Shown piece after piece: positions 25,230 to 36,087 of a stretch of 64,000 nt of DNA. A program made the position numbers and the translations under genes. This DNA comes from Rhodospirillales bacterium (lineage in GTDB: Bacteria; Pseudomonadota; Alphaproteobacteria; Rhodospirillales; Casp-alpha2). Numbering within the stretch: position 1 is the first letter of the stretch; each line of letters opens with the position of its first letter. Under the pieces are notes generated by a model. That model was not told where the DNA came from. It ran no database searches and saw only the letters and a list, made by a program, of their open reading frames with translations. Location of the stretch: NCBI GenBank assembly GCA_965229715.1, contig CBDDJL010000001.1, positions 138,725 through 202,724 of the forward strand, in the 5' to 3' direction.

Positions 25230-27032
25230 TCAGAGAGCGTCTGGCGCGACGGCTGTCACGGCAGACGGATCGGACGCAGACGTTTGAATCCATGCCTTCG
25301 CGACCGGAATCTCGTACGTGAAGAAGTAGTCGCAGGCTGAAACTTTGCCCTGAAGAAAGCTGGCCGTGTCGGTGTCTGTTTCGGTCTTCAGACGGTGCAC
25401 CGCCGTCATCGATAGGCGCAACAGCAGCCATCCGACGACGACATGTCCGAAACCATCGAGCACCAGGGTCGCCAATGCCAGTGCCTGCTCCGCCTGGCCT
25501 TTCTCCAGCGTCTCTCTGGCTATCGCACAACGTTGCTCCATAGTTTGTAGCAATCCAGACAGCTCTTTGGCGAATGCAGCCAGTTCCGGTTCGCTGCTGC
25601 AGGCGTCCACCGACCGGCTGATTTCCGAGATCAGCACCGCCAGCGCGCGGCCGTCGTTCATGACCGCCTTGCGACCGAGCAGATCCAACCCCTGAATACC
25701 GTTGGTTCCTTCGTGAATCATGTTGAGGCGGTTGTCTCGATACAGCCGCTCGACCGGGAAATCCCTCGTGTAACCGTACCCCCCGAGGATCTGGATCGCG
25801 AGCTTGTTGGCTTCCAGCCCGTACTCCGAGGGCCAAGCCTTGACCATCGGCGTCAACACGTCGAGCAAATCGTTCAGTCTTTCCCGCTCGGCGTCATCGG
25901 TGCAGACCGCAATGCGGTCAACGACGACGCCGGCATAGAGGCACAGCGCAATCGCGCCCTCAGTGTAGGCCTTTTGCTTGAGGAGCATTCGCTTCACATC
26001 CGGATGATCGACGATCACCACCGGCTTGGATGCAGGGTCCTTGTTGTCGAGGTGACGCCCTTGTTTTCTCTCCTTTGCATACTCGAGCGAGAGCCGGTAG
26101 CCGACCGATCCCAGCATGGCGCCACCGATTCCGACGTTGATCCGTGCTTCGTTCATCATGTGAAACATGTACGAGAGCCCGCGATTGGGCTCGCCGACGA
26201 TGGTCCCTTCCGAGATCCCGTCTTCGCCAAAATTCAGCAAACAATTGCTGGTGCCGCGGTAACCCATCTTGTGATTGAGCCCGGCGACCGCGATCCCGTT
26301 CTTATCGCCAAGCGACCCGTCCGGGCCGACCCGGTACTTCGGCACGGCGAACAAGGAGATGCCCTTGACGCCGGCGGGTGCGTCGGGCAGTCGGGCCAGG
26401 ACGAGATGAACGATGTTTTCCGACGCATTGTGGTCGCCGGCGCTGATCCACATCTTGTTGCCGAAAATGGCGTATCGTTCGCCGTCGATCGGCTCGGCGC
26501 GGGTTTGGATATCGCCGACCGAGGAACCGGCATCGGGTTCGGAAAGGCACATGGTGCCGAAGAATCGCCCGTCCAGCATGGGCGCCATGAACAGCCGTTT
26601 CTGTTGCTCAGAACCGTGCGCGCCGAGAAGATTGGCGGCCGCACGCGTCAGAGACATGTAGGCATGGGTCGCGCAATTCGCGCCCTTGAACATTCCATTG
26701 CAGGCGTTGTTCACGGAAACCGGCAACTGCATGCCGCCGTCGTCGTAGTCGGCATGGGCCGAAAAGAACCCGGCTTCGCGCAAGGTCCCGAGGGCGTCGA
26801 TGGCTTCGGGCAGAATTCGAACATCGCCGTCGACTAGTTCCGGTTCCTGCGTGTCGGATTTCACAGCGTGCGGCCACAGGTGATCCTCGGAAATCCGTTG
26901 GGCCAGATCGAGAACGGCGGACAATGACTCGCGATCGTGATCCTCGAAGCGTCCCGCACCGCAGATATCCTCGACACCAAGCACGTCGAACAAGAGAAAG
27001 TCGATGGTTTGTCGGTCGATAATCGTGCTCAC
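25230..27032 (-). CDS. Large (600 aa) acyl-CoA dehydrogenase family protein
   Basis: The length and the ACAD-like N/middle/C domain pattern (e.g. GISLFAVPK, GYRGTSNCLLNFGEDG, IHEGTNGIQGLDLLGRK) fit the family. Confidence 0.8.
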   Translation of the reverse strand: MSTIIDRQTIDFLLFDVLGVEDICGAGRFEDHDRESLSAVLDLAQRISEDHLWPHAVKSDTQEPELVDGDVRILPEAIDALGTLREAGFFSAHADYDDGGMQLPVSVNNACNGMFKGANCATHAYMSLTRAAANLLGAHGSEQQKRLFMAPMLDGRFFGTMCLSEPDAGSSVGDIQTRAEPIDGERYAIFGNKMWISAGDHNASENIVHLVLARLPDAPAGVKGISLFAVPKYRVGPDGSLGDKNGIAVAGLNHKMGYRGTSNCLLNFGEDGISEGTIVGEPNRGLSYMFHMMNEARINVGIGGAMLGSVGYRLSLEYAKERKQGRHLDNKDPASKPVVIVDHPDVKRMLLKQKAYTEGAIALCLYAGVVVDRIAVCTDDAERERLNDLLDVLTPMVKAWPSEYGLEANKLAIQILGGYGYTRDFPVERLYRDNRLNMIHEGTNGIQGLDLLGRKAVMNDGRALAVLISEISRSVDACSSEPELAAFAKELSGLLQTMEQRCAIARETLEKGQAEQALALATLVLDGFGHVVVGWLLLRLSMTAVHRLKTETDTDTASFLQGKVSACDYFFTYEIPVAKAWIQTSASDPSAVTAVAPDAL

Positions 27033-27064
27033 GCTCGTCTCCTGTCAGCGCCGACAACGGGCTT

Positions 27065-28249
27065 CTAGCATACTTCAAACAGTGCAGCAGCGCCCTGTCC
27101 CCCGCCGATGCACATGGTGACAACGACCCGCTTTGCGTTCCGACGCCTACCCTCGATCAAGGCATGTCCGGTCAGGCGCGACCCTGTCATGCCGAACGGA
27201 TGGCCGATCGAGATCGACCCGCCGTCGACGTTGAGCCGTTCGTTGGGAATGCCGAGCTTGTCGCGGCAGTAAACGACTTGAACGGCGAACGCTTCGTTCA
27301 GTTCCCAGAGATCGATGTCGTCGACCTTCAGATTGTGCCGGTCAAGCAGTCGCGGAATGGCGTAGATAGGGCCGATGCCCATCTCGTCGGGCTCCAGCCC
27401 CGCCACGACCATCCCCCGATAGACGCCAAGCACGTCTACCCCCCGCTGTTCGGCCAGCTTCGATTCCACCAGCACACACGCCGACGCACCGTCCGAGAGC
27501 TGGCTTGCATTGCCCGCGGTGATGAACTTGTCCGCTCCCATGACCGGTTCGAGCTTGCCGAGCCCCTCCAGGGTGGTCTCGGGCCGATTGCCCTCGTCCT
27601 TGTCGAGCGTTACCTCCTGCTGCGAGATCTCGCCGGTTTCCCTGTCCTTGACCTCCTTGACGGTGGTCAGCGGGACGATCTCGTCGTCAAGCCGGCCCGC
27701 ATCCTGGGCGGCCGCGGTGCGCTGCTGGCTCTGGAACGCATACTCATCCTGGGCTTCGCGGCTGACGCCGTAGCGCTTGGCCACGATGTCGGCCGTGTCG
27801 ATCATTTGCATGAAGAGATCGGGCTTGTGTTCGGCCATCCACGGTTCATCCGTGTATCCCGGGCGGCGGTTCCGGGTAACCTGCGTCACGTGCTCGATGC
27901 CGCCCGCCAGCATGACGGAGGCGCCTTCCTGAACGATCTGCTGGGCGGCGACGGCGATCGCCTGCAGACCCGACGCGCAGTGGCGTGAAACGACGAGCCC
28001 GCCGGCCCTCACCGGCACGCCGGCGCGGATCGCCGAGGCGCGCGCGATGTTGAAGCCGGTCGGGCCCTCGGTCACGCCGCAACCCATCACCACGTCCTCG
28101 ATCTCGCCCGGGTCGATGCCGGCACGCTCCACGGCGTGCTTGAAGACATGGCCGCCCAGCGTCTGCGGATGCGTGATGTTGTAGGCGCCGCGAAACGCCT
28201 TGGCGATCGGCGTCCTTGCAGTCGAGACGATGACGGCTTCGCGGCTCAT
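27065..28249 (-). CDS. Acetyl-CoA C-acyltransferase (thiolase)
   Basis: Active-site regions [30 protein letters not shown] and CIGGGQGAA. Confidence 0.9.
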   Translation of the reverse strand: MSREAVIVSTARTPIAKAFRGAYNITHPQTLGGHVFKHAVERAGIDPGEIEDVVMGCGVTEGPTGFNIARASAIRAGVPVRAGGLVVSRHCASGLQAIAVAAQQIVQEGASVMLAGGIEHVTQVTRNRRPGYTDEPWMAEHKPDLFMQMIDTADIVAKRYGVSREAQDEYAFQSQQRTAAAQDAGRLDDEIVPLTTVKEVKDRETGEISQQEVTLDKDEGNRPETTLEGLGKLEPVMGADKFITAGNASQLSDGASACVLVESKLAEQRGVDVLGVYRGMVVAGLEPDEMGIGPIYAIPRLLDRHNLKVDDIDLWELNEAFAVQVVYCRDKLGIPNERLNVDGGSISIGHPFGMTGSRLTGHALIEGRRRNAKRVVVTMCIGGGQGAAALFEVC

Positions 28250-30360
28250 GACGCATTCTCCTTGTCCCAGTCAGCGAAGGACTTGCCTTCGGCTGCAAGC
28301 CGTTCAAGCAGCGGCGCCGGCGTCCAAAAGTCATGGTCCTCGTCGAACGACCTGATCGTCGAAAGCACCTTCTCAAGGCCCACCGTATCGGCATAGTGCA
28401 TCGGTCCGCCCCGCCAGCGCGGGAAGCCATAGCCATTGATGAACACCAAATCGATATCGCTGGCCCGAAGCGCGATGCCCTCGTCCAGGATCTTCGCGCC
28501 TTCGTTGACAAGCGCGTAGATACAGCGCTCGACGATCTGCTCGTCCGTGACGTTACCTGGCACGATGCCGGCGGCCTTTCCCGTTTCATCGACGATCGCT
28601 TGTACATCCGGGTTCACGGTCTTCTTGCCGTCTTCATAGACATAGAAACCCTTGCCGGTCTTCTGACCGTACCAGCCACGCTCACAGATCTCGTCACAGA
28701 CGGTCGAATAGCGTACCTCGGGTTTGCGGAGGTGCGCCGTCGACTTGCGCATCGCCCAGCCGATATCGAGACCTGCGAGATCGCGTACCGAGAACGAGCC
28801 CATGGCCATGCCGAAGTCGTAGAGCGCCTTGTCCACCTGATCGACGGTGGCGCCTTCCTGCAACAGGAAATCCGCCTCACGGTTGTACTGGGAGAACATG
28901 CGATTGCCGATGAAGCCATGGCAGACGCCGGAGACGATCGCCGTCTTGCCCAACCGCTGTCCGAGCTTCAGCCCAGTCACCAGCACGTCGTCGGCTGTCT
29001 TCGCGGCCCTAACCACTTCGAGCAACTTCATGATGTTGGCCGGGCTGAAGAAGTGGAGGCCCAGCACGTCCGTCTCGCGACCGGCAGCGGCGGCGGCGAT
29101 CGCGTCCACATTGAGGTATGACGTATTGGTCGCCAGCACCGCGCCTGGCTTAGCTATCTTCGCCAGATCGGCAAACACGGACTTCTTGACGTCCATGTCC
29201 TCGAAGACGGCCTCGACGATGACATCGGCGTCGCCGGCCGCCTCGAGGTTCAACTCGCCGGATACGAGAGCCGTATGGGCGGCGGCCGTCGCCTCATCCA
29301 TGCGGCCCTTGCTGGCCTGGCCCACATAGGTCGCCGCAACTCGATCGAGGCCGCGCTGCAGCGCCTCGGCGTCGCGTTCGATCATGGTGACGGGGATGCC
29401 CGCGTTCGCAAAGCACATCGCGATCCCCGACCCCATGGTGCCGGCTCCCAGAACCGCTGCCTTGTCCACTGGGCGATCTACGATGTCCGTCGCAATTCCG
29501 GGAACTTTCCTGGCTTGGCGTTCGGCAAAGAAGACGTGGCGAAGCGCAACGGCCTCATCGGCAGTGACGCATTCGAGGAACCTCTTGCGTTCGTAGGCGA
29601 AGCCCTCGTCGAATTCCGTCTTCGTCGCCATCTCCACGCAATCGATGCAGGCAACCGGCGCAGTTTGGCCGCGAAACCGCTTTGCGACACGCGCGCGCTC
29701 AGTATCGAAGACCCGCGGGCCATCCACGGCAACACCACGCTCGCGCGTCCGTTGGTGAATCTGGCCGGAGGCGACCTCCCGGGAAAGATACCTGGCGGCC
29801 TCGGCGATCGGATCGTCCGCGGACACGAGGCCGTCGATCAACCCGATCGAATACCCCTCCTCCACCGAGATCGGCTCGCCCGACAGAATCATTTCGAGTG
29901 CCTTTTCGGCGCCAACCAGGCGAGGCAACCGCTGGGTGCCTCCGGCGCCGGGCGGGATGCCGAGTTTGACCTCGGGCTGACCGACCATCGTCCCCGCCTG
30001 GGCAACGCGGTAGCGGCAGCTCATGGCGATCTCAAGTCCACCGCCGACGGCCGTCTTGCGCAGCAAGATACCGATCGGCTTGTCGTTTGAATCGAGCCTA
30101 TCGATCAGATCGATCAGGTTAGGCTCACCTTCGGGCCACTTTTTACCCTGAACCTTAATGTCGGCGCCCCCCAGCACGCCCGTCCCGCCGGCGGCAATCA
30201 GGATACCCTTTACCGAGTCATTGTCGTTCAACCGGTCGACCGCTTCGATGATGCCGCCGGGCACGCCAATGCTCATGACGTTTACCGGCGGATTCTCGAC
30301 GAGAACCACCGCGACATCGGGGGCGCTATCGGGCTGAAAAACGTTGATTCGAGGGTCCAT
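28246..30360 (-). CDS. Bifunctional enoyl-CoA hydratase / 3-hydroxyacyl-CoA dehydrogenase (FadB/FadJ-like)
   Basis: N-terminal crotonase-like domain, then the NAD-binding motif [28 protein letters not shown]. 704 aa. 4-nt overlap with the thiolase gene. Confidence 0.85.
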   Translation of the reverse strand: MDPRINVFQPDSAPDVAVVLVENPPVNVMSIGVPGGIIEAVDRLNDNDSVKGILIAAGGTGVLGGADIKVQGKKWPEGEPNLIDLIDRLDSNDKPIGILLRKTAVGGGLEIAMSCRYRVAQAGTMVGQPEVKLGIPPGAGGTQRLPRLVGAEKALEMILSGEPISVEEGYSIGLIDGLVSADDPIAEAARYLSREVASGQIHQRTRERGVAVDGPRVFDTERARVAKRFRGQTAPVACIDCVEMATKTEFDEGFAYERKRFLECVTADEAVALRHVFFAERQARKVPGIATDIVDRPVDKAAVLGAGTMGSGIAMCFANAGIPVTMIERDAEALQRGLDRVAATYVGQASKGRMDEATAAAHTALVSGELNLEAAGDADVIVEAVFEDMDVKKSVFADLAKIAKPGAVLATNTSYLNVDAIAAAAAGRETDVLGLHFFSPANIMKLLEVVRAAKTADDVLVTGLKLGQRLGKTAIVSGVCHGFIGNRMFSQYNREADFLLQEGATVDQVDKALYDFGMAMGSFSVRDLAGLDIGWAMRKSTAHLRKPEVRYSTVCDEICERGWYGQKTGKGFYVYEDGKKTVNPDVQAIVDETGKAAGIVPGNVTDEQIVERCIYALVNEGAKILDEGIALRASDIDLVFINGYGFPRWRGGPMHYADTVGLEKVLSTIRSFDEDHDFWTPAPLLERLAAEGKSFADWDKENAS

Positions 30361-30429
30361 GTTCCCACCTCTTGGAAGTCGTCGTATCCTTTTTCAGGAC
30401 TCTTTGAAGTGACAGCGGTACGGTAGGGT

Positions 30430-30450
30430 ATTTTTCTTGTAAAGAAAATT
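30430..30450. promoter_or_regulatory. Island operator-like palindrome, site C (ATTTTTCT-TGTAA-AGAAAATT)
   Basis: Lies in the divergent region between the fadB-like gene (-) and the acyl-CoA ligase gene (+). A degenerate second copy follows at ~30451-30471. Confidence 0.55.
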
Positions 30451-30471
30451 ATTTTTCAATAGAAACGAATC

Positions 30472-32163
30472 GTGATGAACCGCTCGACTGCCCCAAATCC
30501 ACGCCCATCGCTGATGATGGATCGGCCCTTGCTTCTGTCGTCGATCCTGACGCACGGTCAGACGGCATTTCCCTATCAGGAGATCGCAGCACGTCGGATG
30601 GACGGGACGGTTGAAAGGACGACATTCGCCGAGTTCGGGCAACGATGCAGACAGGTCGCGGGTGCCCTGAGCCAACAGCTTCGAATTCAACCGGGCGAGT
30701 GTGTCGCCACCTTGGCGTGGAATACGATGGCGCACCTCGAGCTCTACTTCGCGATACCTGGCATCGCGGCGGTCTGCCACACGCTAAATATTCGCTACTC
30801 CGATGAACATCTGGTCTTCATTATCAACAAGGCACGAAATCGCGTCGCCTTTGTCGAGACTGATCAGCTCGATCGACTACTCGGCCTGATCGGCCGGTGC
30901 CCCACCCTGGAGGCGATCGTTGTCCTGAGCGGCGAGGCCCCTGACATGAGCGGTCGGCCTGACATTCTCGGTTACGAGGAATTGGTCGCTGACGCGACGC
31001 CGCTCGATGAATGGCCCGATTTCGACGAACGGTCCGCGTCTTCACTGTGCTACTCGTCCGGATCGACGGGCGATCCGAAGGGAGCATTGTACTCTCACCG
31101 CTCGACAGTCCTCTACACGCTAGCCAGTCTCGCCTCGGGCCAGATGGGAATCGGCGCGGAGGATTGCATTTTGCCTGCCGTTCCGATGTTCCATGTGAAT
31201 GGCTGGTGCAAGGCGCATCAGATCATGGTTGCGGGCGCGAAACTGGTGCTTCCGGGATCACGCATGGCCGGCGAGGATCTGGCGTCGCTGATCGATGATG
31301 AAGCCGTTACCACGGCATTCGGCGTACCGACAATCTGGCTGGCATATTTCGAGTATCTGAAGCGCACAGGCACCCGGCCGAGGACATTGCGGACAATCGG
31401 TTTCGGTGGCGGCACGCCGACGACGGGGCTGCTGCGGAGACTGCGCGACGATTTCGGTATCGACCACCGCTGCGGATTTGGCATGACGGAGACGACAACC
31501 GGCCTGGGCGCCGGATATTTCGGCCCCGACTACGCCGACGCGGATCGTGATCAGCAACTCGGGATTTCGCAGTCGCTGCGTCCCTTCTTCGGTATCGACA
31601 TTCGTATCCGGCAAGACGACGGACATCTCGTCGACAGGGCCAGTGGCAGCCCGGGCGAGATGGAGTGCCGAGGGCATTTTGTCATTCAGGCGTATTTCGA
31701 AGACGACACCGCGACCCAGGGCGCTGTTACCGAAGATGGATGGTTCAAGTCGGGCGATGTTATCTCGTTCGATGAGATGGGCCGGTTCCGGGTCGTCGAC
31801 CGCCTGAAGGACATGATCAAATCCGGTGGCGAATGGATCAGTTCTCAGGCGCTCGAGTCCGCCGCGTCGAACCACACCGATGTGATCGAGGCCGTCGTCA
31901 TCGGCCTGCCTCACCCGAAGTGGCAGGAACGCCCGTTTCTGATCGTTCGGCTGCAGTCCGGCGTGACGTTCGACCAGGCGGGCATTCGCGAGCACATGGC
32001 CACCCGTCTTCCAAAATGGTGGCTGCCGGATGCGATCGAAGTAGTCGATGAACTGCCGCGGGCGTCGACCGGAAAAGTCGATAAGCGCACGCTCAGAAAG
32101 ATGTTTCAGGACTACGCGTTCACGGGGGACGGCACATTGGACCGCCCCCACGCTCCGGAGTGA
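30472..32163 (+). CDS. AMP-dependent acyl-CoA synthetase/ligase
   Basis: AMP-binding motif LCYSSGSTGDPKG, plus C-terminal GEWISS and PRASTGKVDKR. The start is uncertain: GTG 30472, ATG 30475 or ATG 30514 (MMDRPLLLSS). Confidence 0.85.
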   Translation: MMNRSTAPNPRPSLMMDRPLLLSSILTHGQTAFPYQEIAARRMDGTVERTTFAEFGQRCRQVAGALSQQLRIQPGECVATLAWNTMAHLELYFAIPGIAAVCHTLNIRYSDEHLVFIINKARNRVAFVETDQLDRLLGLIGRCPTLEAIVVLSGEAPDMSGRPDILGYEELVADATPLDEWPDFDERSASSLCYSSGSTGDPKGALYSHRSTVLYTLASLASGQMGIGAEDCILPAVPMFHVNGWCKAHQIMVAGAKLVLPGSRMAGEDLASLIDDEAVTTAFGVPTIWLAYFEYLKRTGTRPRTLRTIGFGGGTPTTGLLRRLRDDFGIDHRCGFGMTETTTGLGAGYFGPDYADADRDQQLGISQSLRPFFGIDIRIRQDDGHLVDRASGSPGEMECRGHFVIQAYFEDDTATQGAVTEDGWFKSGDVISFDEMGRFRVVDRLKDMIKSGGEWISSQALESAASNHTDVIEAVVIGLPHPKWQERPFLIVRLQSGVTFDQAGIREHMATRLPKWWLPDAIEVVDELPRASTGKVDKRTLRKMFQDYAFTGDGTLDRPHAPE

Positions 32164-32174
32164 ACGCAGACCGG

Positions 32175-33629
32175 TTACGTACCGGCAATTGCCTTAATTT
32201 CAACGTACTCCTCGAGGCCGATCAGGCCACCCTCGCGACCGTTTCCGGACTGCTTGTAGCCGCCAAACGGCGCATCGATGCCCTGGCCGGTGCCGTTGAT
32301 GCCAACCATGCCCGCATCGATCGACATAGCGATCCGTTCGGCTCGTGCCTTGTCGCCCGAGAAGACGTGAGCGGCTAACCCGAACGGCGTGTCGTTCGCA
32401 ATGCTGATGGCGTCTCCTTCATCATCGAAAGGTATGATCGCCAGCACGGGACCGAATATCTCCTCCCGCGCGATCGTCATGTCGTTCGTCACATCGGCGA
32501 AGACCGTGGGCCTGACATAGTACCCCTTGTTGGTTCCCTCCGGACGACCAAGGCCACCCGATACCAGCCGCGCGCCCTCATCAATCCCAATCTGAATGTA
32601 GCCCTGGACGGACTCGAACTGCTGGGCGCTGACAACGGGGCCAATATGGTTGCCGGGTTTGGAGGGGTCGCCGATCTGGATGCTGTCGGCGACCTTCTTC
32701 GCCTTCTCCACCACGGTGTCGTAAACCGAACTCTCGACCAGCATCCGCGTCGGGGCCGTACACGTTTGGCCGGTATTCGACATCACCCGGTTGACGCCCC
32801 AGGTCACCGCGCTGTCCAGATCCGCGTCGGCAAAGATCATGTTCGGCGATTTGCCGCCCAGCTCGAGCGCCACGCGCTTGACGGTGTCCCCGGCCGCACG
32901 CGCCACGTTGGCACCTGCCGCGAGGGAACCGGTCAGCGACACCATGCTCACATCGGGATGGCTTGACAGGTATGCGCCGATCTCACGACCGGGGCCCTGC
33001 ACCAGATTGAAGACGCCGGCCGGATATCCGGCCTTGTTCAGACATTCCGTCAGAATGACCGCATCCAGCGGCGACTCTACGCTCGGTTTCAGAACCATCG
33101 TGCAGCCGACGGCCAGCGCCGGGAACACCTTCTGGGCGATTTGATTGATCGGGTAGTTCCAGGGCGTGATCATCGCGCAGACGCCGATCGGCTGACGCAC
33201 GATTTTCGCCGACTTCTTGCGCGAGTAAGACTCGTCCTCGAACTCCTTAAGCGCCTCGATCGTTTCCTTGATACGCTCCGTGCCGACGTACTTCGTCTGA
33301 ACAGACACCGCGAAATCGATCGGTGAGCCCATCTCCATCGAGATCGCCTCGGCGATTTCGGCTTCGCGCTTTTCAAACTCGCTCAGGAAAGCCTGCAGCA
33401 GTTCGATCCGTTCCTTCTTTGACGTATGGCGGAACGTCTGGAAGGCCCTCTTGGCAGCCTGCACAGCCTTCTCGGCATCCGCAACGGACCCGTTGGCAAC
33501 CGTCGCGCAGCGCTCTTCGGTCGCCGGATTGATCACGTCGAAGGTTGCCGGCGTTTCCGGCGCAACCCATTGGCCATCGATGTATAGCTTGTCGTATTTC
33601 ACTTGAGCTTTCCTCTCAGAGTTCGTCAA
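32175..33629 (-). CDS. NAD(P)+-dependent aldehyde dehydrogenase
   Basis: VALELGGKSP, catalytic Cys region NTGQTCTAPTR, and EEIFGPV. Confidence 0.9.
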   Translation of the reverse strand: MTNSERKAQVKYDKLYIDGQWVAPETPATFDVINPATEERCATVANGSVADAEKAVQAAKRAFQTFRHTSKKERIELLQAFLSEFEKREAEIAEAISMEMGSPIDFAVSVQTKYVGTERIKETIEALKEFEDESYSRKKSAKIVRQPIGVCAMITPWNYPINQIAQKVFPALAVGCTMVLKPSVESPLDAVILTECLNKAGYPAGVFNLVQGPGREIGAYLSSHPDVSMVSLTGSLAAGANVARAAGDTVKRVALELGGKSPNMIFADADLDSAVTWGVNRVMSNTGQTCTAPTRMLVESSVYDTVVEKAKKVADSIQIGDPSKPGNHIGPVVSAQQFESVQGYIQIGIDEGARLVSGGLGRPEGTNKGYYVRPTVFADVTNDMTIAREEIFGPVLAIIPFDDEGDAISIANDTPFGLAAHVFSGDKARAERIAMSIDAGMVGINGTGQGIDAPFGGYKQSGNGREGGLIGLEEYVEIKAIAGT

Positions 33630-33689
33630 GGCGCGGTGCCATCGTCTTGCAGTAGATCGACTTTGAAACCACCTTACCGTTGTCGAACT

Positions 33690-34004
33690 TCAGCACGTCG
33701 AGCCGCGTATCTTCACGCGCTTTCCCTCGACATCCATTTCGAGGCTCCAACTGGTGGCGACCCGATCGCTCGACGTGTCGGCCAGGAAATCATCGTCCTC
33801 GAAGCGAATCTTGCCGCGGTCGCCGTTGACCAGCGGCGAGAACACCGCCCGTATCGCATCGTGGCCCGAATGTAGGGCGCCGGTGTGATCCTGGAATGTC
33901 GCGTCGGGCGCGAAGCTTTCAACGACGGCGTCGAGATCTTGTCTGTTGAACGCATCGAAGAACTTCCGCGTCAGTTCCCGAAGGTCGGTTTCCCTATCAC
34001 TCAT
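33690..34004 (-). CDS. SnoaL-like / NTF2-fold small protein
   Basis: MSDRETDLRELTRKFFDAFNRQDLDAVVESFAPDATFQD is typical of SnoaL-like proteins. ATG 34004 overlaps the upstream stop by 8 nt. The longer ORF to 34157 lies inside the upstream gene. Confidence 0.65.
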   Translation of the reverse strand: MSDRETDLRELTRKFFDAFNRQDLDAVVESFAPDATFQDHTGALHSGHDAIRAVFSPLVNGDRGKIRFEDDDFLADTSSDRVATSWSLEMDVEGKRVKIRGSTC

Positions 34005-36018
34005 CCTCGCCTCCAAACTCCATTGCCCACCGATGGCCGTCGTGAACCGCCATGGCGATGGGTCCCGGCGCGACGCAGTCACCAATCTTCGAGACCGTGT
34101 CGATGCCTGCGTCGGCAAGTTCCGTCCGCCGGTCCTGCAGTGCGTCGTGAATGCCACTGACCGGGTCCTTCATCGTCACCATGACAACACTCGCGCCTTC
34201 AATGACGCGCGGCGCACCCGTCCAGAGATGGCTGATGTGAACCCCGTCGTCGTCCACGCGCTTCAGGTTGTGCGAGACGACGATTTCGATGCCGAGTTCC
34301 ACCATTCGCCCCATCACATGAGAGAACTCCAGAGTGAACTTGCTGTAGGTGCCGAGATCCGCCGCCGGCGTCACCAGCGTTACATCGCATCCGTCGATCG
34401 CCAGTTTCTCGGCGATCACGCTTCCCATGTAGTAGTGGTCGTCATCGAACACGACAACGGGGCCATCGATCCTTGCGCCATCCATGACATCATCGGCGGT
34501 GTAGACGTTCGAGCGATCCCAGCCCTCCACCGGTTGGTGATATTGGCGCCCCATTCCGTTTCGCCGCCACGTCCCTCCGGTGGCGACAACCACGTTCGGA
34601 ATGCCGAAATCGAGAACCTGATCGGCGTCGAGCTTGCTTTCGAGATAGACGTTCACATTGGCCATCTGGCTGAGTTGATAGGACCGGAAATCACTGACCC
34701 GCCCCCAGTCGGAAAGCCCAGGCAGGGCCGCCTCGCGGGTTACCCGGCCGCCAAGCGCATCCGTGGCCTCCGCGAGCGTCACTTCATACCCGCGCTTGCC
34801 AAGCGTCAGCGCGCACTCCATGCCTGCGGGGCCACCGCCGATGATCAATACGCTGCCGTCGGCGTGGCTTGCAGGCACGGTTTCTGGATGCCAGCCATCC
34901 ACCTCCTTGCCAATCGTCGGGTTTTGCGTGCAACGAATGGGTACGGATAACAGAACGTTCGTCGTGCACATGTTGCAACCGATGCACTCGCGGATGTCCT
35001 CGATCCGGCCCTCTTCGATCTTTCTGGGCAGGAAAGGGTCGGCAATCGACGGGCGCGCCGCGCCGATGAAGTCCAGCCGGCCCTTCTTTATTGCCGAGAC
35101 CATGCGGTCAGGACTGGTGTATCGGCCGACGCCGACCACCGGTTTAGTGGTGACCGATTTCACGAAATCGGTGTATTCGCGCTGGTAGTCTTCCTCGAAG
35201 AACCGCGACAACCCAGAGTCGTTCGACCAGTCGCTGACATTGACGTCCCAGAGGTCCGGCAGTTCGGCCAGCATCTCGACGACCTCACGGCCCTCGCATT
35301 GCCACTCAAGCCCGTTCTTGCCCATCATCTCGTCGACGGCGAAGCGGACCGCGACCGCACACTTGTGGCCGACGGCATCCTTGGTTACCTCTATCATCTC
35401 GCGAAACAAGCGAACCCGGTTTTCGAGCGAACCCCCGTATTCGTCGGTGCGCCGATTGTAGCGCGGCATCAGGAACTGCATCGGCAGCGACAGATCGTGT
35501 GCGCAATAGACATAGACGATATCGACACCCGCCTGCATGGCGCGCCTGGCTGCGTCGGCCTGCCATTTGATGACGTTCCGGATGTCCTCGCGGTCGGCCG
35601 CCTTGGCGACATAGGGACCGTAGCTCCAGTAGTGGGTTTGCGACGGAGCAATGGGGTAGGTCCGGGTCAGCTTGTTCGCCGCGGACTTGCCGGCGTGCGC
35701 CAGTTCAACGCCGAACAAGGCGCCGTGTTCATGGCAGGCGTCAGCGGCCCTGGCGACCAGCGGAATGTCGCCGTCCGTGAAGAGGCGCATGTGAGGTGAG
35801 GACGAATGGTCGGAGGTCTCGTGAATCATACACTCTTCGGTACAGACAACGCTCCAACCGCCCTCGGCCTTCATGGCGCGGTACGCGACCATGTGATCAG
35901 GATAGGTAAACCCCATCCCGGAAGCGTGAGGTGCCTGGTAGAACCGGTTCTTCGCCGTGACCGGTCCGATCTTCACCGGTTCGAAGAGGATCGCATAGGA
36001 ATTGGCGTCATTTGGCAT
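33997..36018 (-). CDS. OYE-like FMN + [4Fe-4S] + FAD/ADP-domain flavoprotein, trimethylamine/histamine-dehydrogenase-like subtype
   Basis: FEPVKIGPVTAKNRFYQAPH, RECIGCNMC and VLIIGGGPAGMECALTLGKRGYEVTLAEATDALGGR. Confidence 0.8.
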   Translation of the reverse strand: MPNDANSYAILFEPVKIGPVTAKNRFYQAPHASGMGFTYPDHMVAYRAMKAEGGWSVVCTEECMIHETSDHSSSPHMRLFTDGDIPLVARAADACHEHGALFGVELAHAGKSAANKLTRTYPIAPSQTHYWSYGPYVAKAADREDIRNVIKWQADAARRAMQAGVDIVYVYCAHDLSLPMQFLMPRYNRRTDEYGGSLENRVRLFREMIEVTKDAVGHKCAVAVRFAVDEMMGKNGLEWQCEGREVVEMLAELPDLWDVNVSDWSNDSGLSRFFEEDYQREYTDFVKSVTTKPVVGVGRYTSPDRMVSAIKKGRLDFIGAARPSIADPFLPRKIEEGRIEDIRECIGCNMCTTNVLLSVPIRCTQNPTIGKEVDGWHPETVPASHADGSVLIIGGGPAGMECALTLGKRGYEVTLAEATDALGGRVTREAALPGLSDWGRVSDFRSYQLSQMANVNVYLESKLDADQVLDFGIPNVVVATGGTWRRNGMGRQYHQPVEGWDRSNVYTADDVMDGARIDGPVVVFDDDHYYMGSVIAEKLAIDGCDVTLVTPAADLGTYSKFTLEFSHVMGRMVELGIEIVVSHNLKRVDDDGVHISHLWTGAPRVIEGASVVMVTMKDPVSGIHDALQDRRTELADAGIDTVSKIGDCVAPGPIAMAVHDGHRWAMEFGGEDE

Positions 36019-36087
36019 GGGAACGACCTGCGTGGAAAATGCTCTTCGTTGCTTCTATCGGTCTATCTCGCGCCAGTTCGAAATGCA

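Noticed and set aside
25713-26837. Very long ORFs antisense to well-supported genes. Examples: 25713-26837 (374 aa) opposite the acyl-CoA dehydrogenase, 43011-44009 opposite the SBP, 33946-34950 opposite the flavoprotein, 27846-28607, 15186-15938, 17248-17976, 55547-56317 and 31258-32151.
   Set aside because: Their translations are Arg/Ala/Gly/Pro-rich with no recognisable motifs. They lie opposite genes with clear family signatures. Such shadow ORFs are expected in GC-rich DNA because stop codons are rare.
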